A stretch of 64,000 bases of DNA from the NCBI GenBank assembly GCA_035500795.1, contig DATJWZ010000660.1, positions 3,358 through 67,357 on the forward strand, given 5' to 3'. Shown here piece after piece: positions 20,434-27,823 of the stretch; the first letter of the stretch is position 1, and each line of letters begins with the position of its first letter. The stretch is from Candidatus Eiseniibacteriota bacterium. Its GTDB lineage: Bacteria; Acidobacteriota; Terriglobia; Terriglobales; Acidobacteriaceae. Under the pieces are notes generated by a model that saw only the letters and a program-made list of their open reading frames with translations, was not told where the DNA came from and searched no databases. A program made the translations under genes and the position numbers.

Positions 20434-23400
20434 CTAACTCACAGTGACGGCCTTCACGTCGCAACGCAGACAGCGGCAACTTTCGTCGAGTGCTTCCTCC
20501 TGATCGAGTCCGCCAACTACCTCTTCTTGCGAGCGTACGCGTGAGGGAGCGGGAAGTTCGCGTCCGGAGTGACGGTGATTCGGACTGGGCTCTTCGGGGG
20601 GAGTTTGATCGTATTCGAAGCGCGGATACAGACTCTGCCAGCGGTCTGTTTCGGTCAGTTGCAAGTCGATGCTGCGGGCCGCCTGCTTGCCATAAGCCAT
20701 GGCGTTGGAGACGTTCGATGCGCCTGTCACAAAATCCCCGCCGGCGTAGAAGCGAGCACGGCTGGTTTCGAGGGTGAAGCGGTTGACCTCGACCGTTCCA
20801 CTTTCCTTAAGGACAAGCCCGGACGCTCGGGCGAAATCGAGGTCTACAGTTTCACCGATGGCGAAAATCACGGAGTCACAGTCGAAGCGCTGAACCTCAT
20901 CGGTTGCAATGGGCTTTCTCCGGCCGGAGGAATCGTATTCACCGAGCCGAGTCTTGACGATCTCGATGGCTTTTACGTTTCCTTTGGCATCGCCGATCAC
21001 GCGGTGCGGCGCGGCGAGGAAGACAAATCGGGCTCCTTCTTCTTTCGCGGCGGTCGTCTCCTCTTCTATGGCGGGCATGTCTTTGCGTTCGCGGCGGTAG
21101 AAGACTGTTACGTCACAGCTCTTGCGCAGTGCGGTGCGGGCGGAGTCGATGGCGGCATTGCCTCCGCCGATGACGGCGACGCGGCGACCCAGTGCGACTT
21201 CCTGGTTGGCCGCGATCGCCTCAAGAAAGTTCAGAGCGGGATAGACACCCTTTAATTCCGTTCCGGACTGGTAAACCCACGATTCTTTCCATGTACCTAT
21301 CGAGAGAAAAATCATGTCGAATTGATCGTCAAGATCGTTCAGAGCGACATCGGTGCCAATGCGGGTGTTGAAGACGAACTTCACTCCGAGGCGCTCGATG
21401 AGTTCGATCTCCTGCCGCAAAAAGGATTTCGGCAGGCGGTATTCGGGAAGAACGAAGCGCAGCATGCCGCCCGCTTCGGACTTGCTGTCGTATACGGTGA
21501 CATCGTGGCCGAGCATCGCCAGGTAGAACGCTGCCGTGAGTCCAGCCGGCCCGGCGCCGACAACCGCGATTTTCCGTCCTGTTGCTTCCAGCTTTCGCGA
21601 GATGATGGCCTTGATCATGGGCTCGTATCTGTCGGAGGAGAAAATCGAGTCGGCGATGTAACGGTGAACCTCGCGCATGTTAACGGACTGATCGACGGTC
21701 TGGCGGCGGCAGCGGCTATCGCAGGGGTGCTGACAAACGCGCCCGGTCGAGGAGGGAAGTGGATTGTCGAGAATGACCGAGAGGAACGCTTCTTCCAAAC
21801 GCTCTTCCTTATAAAGCTGCAGGAAGCGCGGAATGTTCATGTGAAGCGGGCAGCTGTTCTCACACGGAGAGAGGGCGAGTTCCTCGCAGACACCCGCAGC
21901 GCAGCGATTCGCGAGAATGTGATCCTCGAACTCGTTCCGGAAGTGACGCAGAGTGGTTAGGACGGGATTCGGCGCTGTTTGGCCGAGACCGCACAGGGAA
22001 CAATCACGGATGTAGCGGCTGAGTTCATCGAGCAGTTCTAGGTGGTGCGGAGTGGCTGCACCTTCCGTGACGCGATTCAGGATGCGGAGGCATTTGTTCA
22101 GTCCGACGCGGCACGGAATGCATTTGCCACACGATTCGGAGTGCGTGAACTCAATGAAGTAGCGCGCGACGTCGACCATGCAGTTGTCTTCGTCCATTAA
22201 GACCATGCCACCCGAGCCCATGATTGATCCGAGTTGCGCCAGGTTTTCGTAGTCGACGGGAGTGTCGAACATTTCCTGGGGAATACAGCCGCCGGAAGGG
22301 CCGCCGGTTTGCACCGCCTTCACTTGGCGATCGCCGACAGCGCCTTCGCCGATGTCGTAGATGAATGTCTTGAGTGTCGTGCCGAGAGGCATTTCGACCA
22401 GACCGGTGTTCTTCACCTTGCCGACCAGCGAGAAGACTTTCGTGCCAGAGCTCTTGGGACTGCCGGTCTCAGTGAACCACGCCGGACCGCGCATGACGAT
22501 GGGGGCGATGTTGTACCAGGTTTCAACGTTATTAATGTTGGTTGGCTTGCCCCAGAGACCTTTTTGCGCGGGAAATGGCGGACGCGGACGAGGTCTTCCG
22601 GCTTCGCCTTCAAGAGAAGCGATCAGGGCGGTCTCTTCGCCGCAAACAAATGCTCCGGCGCCTTCGACCAATTCAATATCAAACTTGAAACCGCGTCCGA
22701 GGACGTTTTCGCCGAGCAGTCCATACTCGCGAGCTTGCTCGATGGCGCGGTTCAGACGATGGACTGCGAGAGGATATTCCGCACGAACGTAGATAATGCC
22801 TTCGGTCGCGCCCATGACGTATCCGCCGATGATCATGCCTTCGAGAAGAGAGTGTGGATCGCTCTCGATCTCGTTGCGGTTCATGTACGCGCCGGGATCG
22901 CCCTCGTCGGCGTTGCAGATGATGTATTTCGGTTCGGCTTTCGCCTTGGCGAGGAACTCCCATTTATTACCCGTGAGGAAGCCGGCGCCGCCGCGGCCCC
23001 GCAACTTGGACGCTTTGATTTGTTCGATTACGCTGGCAGGATTCGCGTCGATGAGAACCTTATAGAGTGCCTGGTATCCGCCGACTGCAATGTATTCTTC
23101 AACATCGTCCGGATTGATGATTCCGCAATTGCGCAGGACGATTTTCTTCTGTCCTTTGAAGAACGGGACCTCGTTCCAAGATGGCACCTCGGGATAGCCT
23201 GAGCCGTAGCGGATGTGACCGGTGATGTGATCCCATTCCTCGATCTTGCAGTAAATGAGATCAGGAGTGAGATTTCCTTTGGTGAGATCGTGGAGCAGGC
23301 GTCCGGCATCGTTGGCTTGCACTTTTCGCAGAATCACCACTGGGTTGCCGGGTAAGCGAAGGCTAACTAGAGGTTCCTGGAAGCACGCCCCAAAGCAGCC

Positions 23401-23592
23401 CACGGCGGCCAGGACAATGTCATCCCCACTTTGCTCCATGGCCTGGGCGAATGCGTGGTAGAGGCTCTCGGCACCGTTGCCCCTGCCACATGTGCCCATG
23501 CCAACTGTGACCCTGGGAACAGAAGGCACCAGTTTGGCGAGCCCCGCCTCTCGAACAGCATTGAAAGCTCCAATGTCCTGGATACGAGGCAT
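20434..23592 (-). CDS. hoxF: HoxF-like NAD(P)H diaphorase subunit (thioredoxin-like 2Fe-2S + NuoF module) fused to a C-terminal GltD/NfnB-like FAD/NAD(P)H oxidoreductase module
   Basis: 1052 aa. NuoF blocks GRGGAGFLTGNKWEF and ESCGKCIPCR. From about residue 565 (nt 21900 and below) come the Cys motifs CENSCPLHMNIP and CQHPCDSRCRR, then Rossmann folds IAVVGAGPAGLTAAFYL and VAVIGGGNAAIDSA. Confidence 0.88.
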   Translation of the reverse strand: MPRIQDIGAFNAVREAGLAKLVPSVPRVTVGMGTCGRGNGAESLYHAFAQAMEQSGDDIVLAAVGCFGACFQEPLVSLRLPGNPVVILRKVQANDAGRLLHDLTKGNLTPDLIYCKIEEWDHITGHIRYGSGYPEVPSWNEVPFFKGQKKIVLRNCGIINPDDVEEYIAVGGYQALYKVLIDANPASVIEQIKASKLRGRGGAGFLTGNKWEFLAKAKAEPKYIICNADEGDPGAYMNRNEIESDPHSLLEGMIIGGYVMGATEGIIYVRAEYPLAVHRLNRAIEQAREYGLLGENVLGRGFKFDIELVEGAGAFVCGEETALIASLEGEAGRPRPRPPFPAQKGLWGKPTNINNVETWYNIAPIVMRGPAWFTETGSPKSSGTKVFSLVGKVKNTGLVEMPLGTTLKTFIYDIGEGAVGDRQVKAVQTGGPSGGCIPQEMFDTPVDYENLAQLGSIMGSGGMVLMDEDNCMVDVARYFIEFTHSESCGKCIPCRVGLNKCLRILNRVTEGAATPHHLELLDELSRYIRDCSLCGLGQTAPNPVLTTLRHFRNEFEDHILANRCAAGVCEELALSPCENSCPLHMNIPRFLQLYKEERLEEAFLSVILDNPLPSSTGRVCQHPCDSRCRRQTVDQSVNMREVHRYIADSIFSSDRYEPMIKAIISRKLEATGRKIAVVGAGPAGLTAAFYLAMLGHDVTVYDSKSEAGGMLRFVLPEYRLPKSFLRQEIELIERLGVKFVFNTRIGTDVALNDLDDQFDMIFLSIGTWKESWVYQSGTELKGVYPALNFLEAIAANQEVALGRRVAVIGGGNAAIDSARTALRKSCDVTVFYRRERKDMPAIEEETTAAKEEGARFVFLAAPHRVIGDAKGNVKAIEIVKTRLGEYDSSGRRKPIATDEVQRFDCDSVIFAIGETVDLDFARASGLVLKESGTVEVNRFTLETSRARFYAGGDFVTGASNVSNAMAYGKQAARSIDLQLTETDRWQSLYPRFEYDQTPPEEPSPNHRHSGRELPAPSRVRSQEEVVGGLDQEEALDESCRCLRCDVKAVTVS

Positions 23593-23593
23593 G

Positions 23594-24133
23594 TTACTCT
23601 CCTGCCCGGATAGTAGCGATTTCGCGTTGCACTGTACGCTCAGTGGCGTGTCCGCAGATGCGGTGGTTTACTTCGACGACGGGCGCCATCGCGCACTGGC
23701 CGAAGCAGGCAACGGTGCGCACGGTGAACTGACGATCTGCCGTGGTGAGCAGAAGCTTGTCGCTACTGCCATCTTCGGATTCTCCGTTTTCAAGCCCGAG
23801 TCCCAGTTCCAACCGGGCGCCCTGCAGCAGATTGCGGGACCCGCGGGTGTGACACGCGGTACCGCGGCAAATGCAGATGGTGTTCTCGCCCTGTGGCTGC
23901 AGGTTGAAGAGCGCGTAGAACGTAACAACGCTGTAGATGCGCGCAAGAGGCAGGTCCATTTTGGCGGCGATGTAGCGCAATGTTTCGAGCGGAAGATATT
24001 TGTGGCGATCTCGGTCCTGAGCTGCTTCTAAAATTCCGAGCAGAGCCCCGGGACGCCCACGACGACTGGCGATCTGCTTATCGAGGAAGACTTGTTCTTC
24101 GGTGGGAATGCTGGAAAGCGAGAGTGCGTCCAT
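23594..24133 (-). CDS. hoxE: HoxE (NuoE-like 2Fe-2S) diaphorase subunit
   Basis: 179 aa. NuoE-type blocks (LGILEAAQDR, ICICRGTACHTRGS, TVACFGQCAMAPVVEV). Its stop lies 1 nt upstream of the hoxF ATG. SD GAAGGAG precedes the start. Confidence 0.88.
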   Translation of the reverse strand: MDALSLSSIPTEEQVFLDKQIASRRGRPGALLGILEAAQDRDRHKYLPLETLRYIAAKMDLPLARIYSVVTFYALFNLQPQGENTICICRGTACHTRGSRNLLQGARLELGLGLENGESEDGSSDKLLLTTADRQFTVRTVACFGQCAMAPVVEVNHRICGHATERTVQREIATIRAGE

Positions 24134-24217
24134 GAGACTCCTTCAGAGGTGGACTCGCCTCAGCTTCAATGTAATGAGCCAGCATAGAGAAGTACCGTTG
24201 GTGGAAGCACAGAAAGG

Positions 24218-24233
24218 GGTGACAACAATCACA
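24218..24233. promoter_or_regulatory. CRP/FNR-type palindrome gGTGA-caacaa-TCACA upstream of hoxE
   Basis: 9/10 match to TGTGA-N6-TCACA. It lies in the 151-nt hoxE upstream intergenic region, about 90 nt from the ATG. Confidence 0.45.
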
Positions 24234-24242
24234 GGCTTCCGC

Positions 24243-24258
24243 AGTGATTGGAATCACC
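24243..24258. promoter_or_regulatory. CRP/FNR-type palindrome aGTGA-ttggaa-TCACc upstream of hoxE
   Basis: The 14-mer GTGATTGGAATCAC (24244-24257) is identical to the core of the site at 25229..25244. It lies 25 nt centre-to-centre from the site at 24218. Confidence 0.5.
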
Positions 24259-24284
24259 CTTATATTGAAGAATTCGATGAGGCT

Positions 24285-25079
24285 TTATCGATTCGAGATA
24301 ATGAAGTTGATCGTTGCGTTCTGATTTCCGCCTACGGTCACGGTTTTCTCCCAACTCTTCGGTTCGGAGAAGACCGGGCGGTCGACTTTCTTCTCCGTCA
24401 GGACGTCGAATGACTGTTCTTTGCCCATCAGGCTCCAGCCCTCGTGCCACGCGACGATTTGATAAGTGCCGGGCGGAACATCTGTGAACTCGAAGCGCCC
24501 GCTCTCATCGGTCACAGCGTAGTAAGGGTGCCGAACGACCATCATTTCTGCGTTCATCCAGACGTGCCCACCATTGCAACGCAGGTTGACAAGGCCCGGT
24601 GTTGGCATGGGACGCGATCTCGGCTGGTTGGGGAAAGGGAATGGAAGGTTATAGGTTGCGGCGCCATCCATGTGGATGGTGTGCAAAGTGGAGTCGGAAC
24701 TTACCATGGTCAGGTTCTCATTTACCGGAACCAGCAGAATGTGGGGCACATAGCGGCAAGCCTTCTGGTCAAGATGACGCTGTTGCGGCGGCAGATCAAA
24801 GGCTTTGCCGCTCGAAACATTTCTGAGATAGACGATCGTGTTAGCGACACCGGCGTCCGGACCGATGATCAAACGGTCCAGAGGAGTGTTTTTGTTGCCG
24901 TCGGGATCACAAATTTTGGCATCTTTGGTGACCGGCATCTCCAGAGCGCGAGGCACAAGGCCCGACCACTTTACCGTGCCGGAGATCGTGCCTCCGTCGA
25001 CTACATTGATGACCTTGTAATCTTGTCCAAACGCTGCGATCGCAGCTCCGATGACTAATACGACGGTGAGTCTCCGCAT
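24285..25079 (-). CDS. Secreted cupredoxin-like (type-1 Cu motif) protein with CarboxypepD_reg-like beta-sandwich segments
   Basis: 264 aa with a signal peptide (VVLVIGAAIAAFGQ). Candidate T1Cu ligand set H(TIH)...C-NGG-H-VW-M. C-terminal AVTDESGRFEFTDVPPGTYQIVAWHEGW is typical of carboxypeptidase-regulatory-like domains. It is a paralog of 32254..33003. Confidence 0.6.
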   Translation of the reverse strand: MRRLTVVLVIGAAIAAFGQDYKVINVVDGGTISGTVKWSGLVPRALEMPVTKDAKICDPDGNKNTPLDRLIIGPDAGVANTIVYLRNVSSGKAFDLPPQQRHLDQKACRYVPHILLVPVNENLTMVSSDSTLHTIHMDGAATYNLPFPFPNQPRSRPMPTPGLVNLRCNGGHVWMNAEMMVVRHPYYAVTDESGRFEFTDVPPGTYQIVAWHEGWSLMGKEQSFDVLTEKKVDRPVFSEPKSWEKTVTVGGNQNATINFIISNR

Positions 25080-25228
25080 AATGACTACCCCTTACGCCAC
25101 GGCCCGCATGCCGTTGGCAATTTGCTTGGCATGTTGCATCCGCAGGCGCGGAGTCCGCCGGGAGAGTGTCGGAATCTGTGCTTTTGCGGTCTAGCTGATA
25201 TCCAATGGGGAACCGCACAGGGGACGGT

Positions 25229-25244
25229 TGTGATTGGAATCACA
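25229..25244. promoter_or_regulatory. Perfect CRP-consensus palindrome TGTGA-ttggaa-TCACA in a divergent intergenic region
   Basis: Exact 10/10 match to TGTGA-N6-TCACA. The arms extend to 7 bp (TGTGATT/AATCACA). It lies about 150-165 nt upstream of both the 25079 (-) and 25404 (+) starts. Confidence 0.6.
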
Positions 25245-25403
25245 TCTAATGTGCTCCCTTTGGTAAGAGGCGTCGAGATTACTGAAGTGTTGTTTTTCGC
25301 AACAAAGGTTAACGCCTTGAACGTTCTCAACCTATTGTTTTTGTTGTGCTTACCGCCTATATTGGGTTAACCGGTACAGTTTCTTGCGTACTTCATTCAT
25401 TCC

Positions 25404-26621
25404 ATGAGTGCATTCGGCTGGCCTTCTGCTTTGAGAAGTACGACTGTCTTGATGTTGTCCTGGATAGGGGCGGTTCTTTTCTCATCTGCGCAGGCAAGTG
25501 CTCTGGGGCAGAATTCTGCGACCACACGGGCTAAGATTGCGCACAGTTTTTTGCTGAACAAGTTTTACGACACTCCGACGCCTTTGCCAGCCAGCCAGCC
25601 TGGAGATCTGATCCGATCGGTCGAGTTCGATGGATACGATCTGCCCGGAGATATCTCTGCGGTTCGGATTCTTTACCACTCAGTTTCAGCCAGCCACGTT
25701 GACGTTCCCGTGTCAGGCGTGGTTCTGGTTCCGGACAAAAAGCCGCCTTCTGGAGGCTGGCCCGTCATCGCCTGGGCCCATGATGTGAATGGCGTCGGCC
25801 GCACTTGCGCTCCGTCTCTCGATCGAAACCTGCGGAACGGATCATTTCTATCAATGTATGTTCAGTTGGGGTATGCGGTAGTCGCTACCGATTATGCCGG
25901 TCTGGGCAGTGATACGAGGTCGGCTTTTGCGGACATGAAGTCTAATGCGGCGGATGTAATCTATGCAGTGGCAGCGGCACGCCATGGCGTACCGCAACTA
26001 GGGATGCGTTGGGTGGCTATGGGAACAGGGGAGGGAGCTATGGCTGCTGTGGCCGTCGGGGAGCGGGAGCGCGAAGTTCACGACGAGGGCTATCTAGGTA
26101 GCATTGCGATTTCCGGGCTGCAGGACTTGCGGGAAGAATACGAGCATTCGAACGCGGTTTCTATGAAGGCTCTGTTGGAATTAATGTACGGTGTCGCGAC
26201 TGTATTTCCCGCGTTTCAGCCTGCTGCAGTGTTGAACCCTGCTGGATTGTCTTTATATAAGCGCATCGCAAATGAATGCGCCGAAAATGGTGCTGCATTT
26301 ACCGATTCGAGTGCTGATCCAGTGGGGCAAAAGTGGAACGGCGATCCGCTTATCCAGGCTTATTTCGACCGAAATCGCCTTGGGGTATCCGCCGCTAAAG
26401 CTCCGATTCTGGTGCTCAGCAGCCAAGCCGACTCGCATGCAGGTGACACACGCGAGATTGTCAGTCGCCTATGCGCTGTGGGAGACAAGGTGCAATTCGA
26501 CAATTATCCGGGTAGCGATCCGGGAACCCTGATTGGGGATTCGGTACGCGATCAGATCCAATGGATTGAAGGGGCCTTTGCGGGCAGATCGGCGCGTAAC
26601 GATTGCTCTTCCCGACCCTGA
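25404..26621 (+). CDS. Secreted alpha/beta-hydrolase of the LIP (secretory lipase)-like family, possibly lacking the nucleophile
   Basis: 405 aa with a signal peptide. The block GGWPVIAWAHDVNGVGRTCAPS resembles the LIP-family AHGT.G...CAPS block. At the expected nucleophile elbow the sequence reads GTGEG rather than G-x-S-x-G. Confidence 0.55.
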   Translation: MSAFGWPSALRSTTVLMLSWIGAVLFSSAQASALGQNSATTRAKIAHSFLLNKFYDTPTPLPASQPGDLIRSVEFDGYDLPGDISAVRILYHSVSASHVDVPVSGVVLVPDKKPPSGGWPVIAWAHDVNGVGRTCAPSLDRNLRNGSFLSMYVQLGYAVVATDYAGLGSDTRSAFADMKSNAADVIYAVAAARHGVPQLGMRWVAMGTGEGAMAAVAVGEREREVHDEGYLGSIAISGLQDLREEYEHSNAVSMKALLELMYGVATVFPAFQPAAVLNPAGLSLYKRIANECAENGAAFTDSSADPVGQKWNGDPLIQAYFDRNRLGVSAAKAPILVLSSQADSHAGDTREIVSRLCAVGDKVQFDNYPGSDPGTLIGDSVRDQIQWIEGAFAGRSARNDCSSRP

Positions 26622-26634
26622 ATGTTGGTTTCGC

Positions 26635-27531
26635 TTAACGCCGGTAAATCATCATTACCGTGAGCACGACCGGAAGGTACAGTACAGAAGCGTGGAGCAG
26701 GCCACTGGCCCCGGTCTTCGCCGATTTCATTAGCCGCAAGACGTAATAGAGCAGGAATGCCCCCGGCAGCAGCATGCCCATCAGATATAGAGGTCCTACT
26801 GGTCCGGCTAGCGGAAGGGAAGTGATCAGGATCAGAGCGAGAGTGAATACGAGAATCTCGGCGCGAGTGAAGCGCGAATCGCGATCGAATTCGGGAAGCA
26901 TTTGATAGCCAGCCCGGGAATAGTCCTCGCGGTACATGAGAGCAATCGCGAGAAAATGGGGGAACTGCCAGAGGAAAAGCACGGCAAACAGAATCCAGGC
27001 TTGGCGGTCCAGAATGGAACCAGCGCCCGCCCATCCGATCAAAGTTGGCATGGCCCCAGGGAATGCGCCGATCATCGTACAAAGGGGGGTCTTCCGTTTG
27101 AGCGGCGTGTAAACGAACAAATAGGACAGCAACGTCGAGATGGCGAGCAGGGCTGAGAGAGTATTGACGGCGAATGCGAGATACAGACCTCCAGCTACGC
27201 TAAGCAGAATCCCAAAAATCAGGGCTTCGCGGCTGCTCACCCGTCCGGCTGGAAGAGGACGGCGGGCGGTCCGGCGCATCTGGGCGTCCCAGGTCCTTTC
27301 CATCCATTGATTTAACGTCGCCGTGCCGCTAGCGACGAGAAGCGTTCCAATGAGTGTGCTGATGAGACCGGCAATGTGCAATGGGCCGCGTGAAGCCATA
27401 TAGTACCCGGCCGAAGTGGTCATCAAGATCAGCAGATTTATCTCTGGCTTGGTCAGCGTGTAGTAGTCGCGCGCTTTGGAACGGAAGCTATTCATATCGG
27501 TCAGATTCGCCCTAAGTCCTGAGGTCGCCAT
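26635..27531 (-). CDS. ctaB: Protohaem IX farnesyltransferase (haem O synthase)
   Basis: UbiA-family TM protein with YYTLTKPEINLLILMTT and the ARRPLPAGR loop. The ATG at 27531 lies 1 nt after the stop of the upstream small ORF. The track start at 27570 would overlap that ORF. Confidence 0.9.
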   Translation of the reverse strand: MATSGLRANLTDMNSFRSKARDYYTLTKPEINLLILMTTSAGYYMASRGPLHIAGLISTLIGTLLVASGTATLNQWMERTWDAQMRRTARRPLPAGRVSSREALIFGILLSVAGGLYLAFAVNTLSALLAISTLLSYLFVYTPLKRKTPLCTMIGAFPGAMPTLIGWAGAGSILDRQAWILFAVLFLWQFPHFLAIALMYREDYSRAGYQMLPEFDRDSRFTRAEILVFTLALILITSLPLAGPVGPLYLMGMLLPGAFLLYYVLRLMKSAKTGASGLLHASVLYLPVVLTVMMIYRR

Positions 27532-27532
27532 A

Positions 27533-27823
27533 TTACCAGTCTTGGCCCCGTTCGTTGGAGTCGATATCACGCCGAATTTGATTTGTTCTGCGGTGGACTA
27601 ACAGGATCAAACCGACGGAGCCGAGTGTGGGTGGGATGATCAAGATCAGAATTCCGCTGCGCAAGGCCTGAATCATCTTCGAACCGGAAGACGCAGCCTG
27701 CGTATAACAAAGGGCGCAACTCTGGGAAAAAGCGGGAATGGGAGCCGCGATTGCAAGTAACAGGAACAAGCCCAGTAATAGCCTACGCACGCAAGAAGGC
27801 GAATTTTGATTGAACCTCTTCAC
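27533..27823 (-). CDS. Small two-TM membrane protein with a CxxC motif, part of the oxidase operon
   Basis: A GTG start at 27823 overlaps the subunit IV stop (GTGA). It gives 96 aa: signal/TM (LLLGLFLLLAIAAPIPAFS), QSCALCY, then a second TM (GILILIIPPTLGSVGLILLV). The upstream Met at 27892 would give a non-membrane-like extension overlapping subunit IV. Confidence 0.5.
   Translation of the reverse strand: MKRFNQNSPSCVRRLLLGLFLLLAIAAPIPAFSQSCALCYTQAASSGSKMIQALRSGILILIIPPTLGSVGLILLVHRRTNQIRRDIDSNERGQDW

Noticed and set aside
22234-23202. A 322-aa plus-strand ORF, and several ORFs of 60-230 aa, inside hoxF. Similar shadow ORFs occur at 3119..3832 (in the DmpA gene), 15629..16354 (in glgX), 30760..31356 (in ctaD), 20569..21255 and 54068..54895.
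   Set aside because: All are antisense or out-of-frame shadows of genes with strong family signatures. They have low-complexity Arg/Gly/Ala-rich translations and no independent motif support.
25114-25138. TTGGCAATTTGCTTGGCATGTTGCA, which at first glance looks like a sigma-54 -24/-12 promoter (TGGCA...TTGCA) and would be relevant to the sigma-54 activator in the window
   Set aside because: No pairing of a GG with a GC gives the required 10-nt spacing. The available spacings are 6, 6, 11 and 18 nt.
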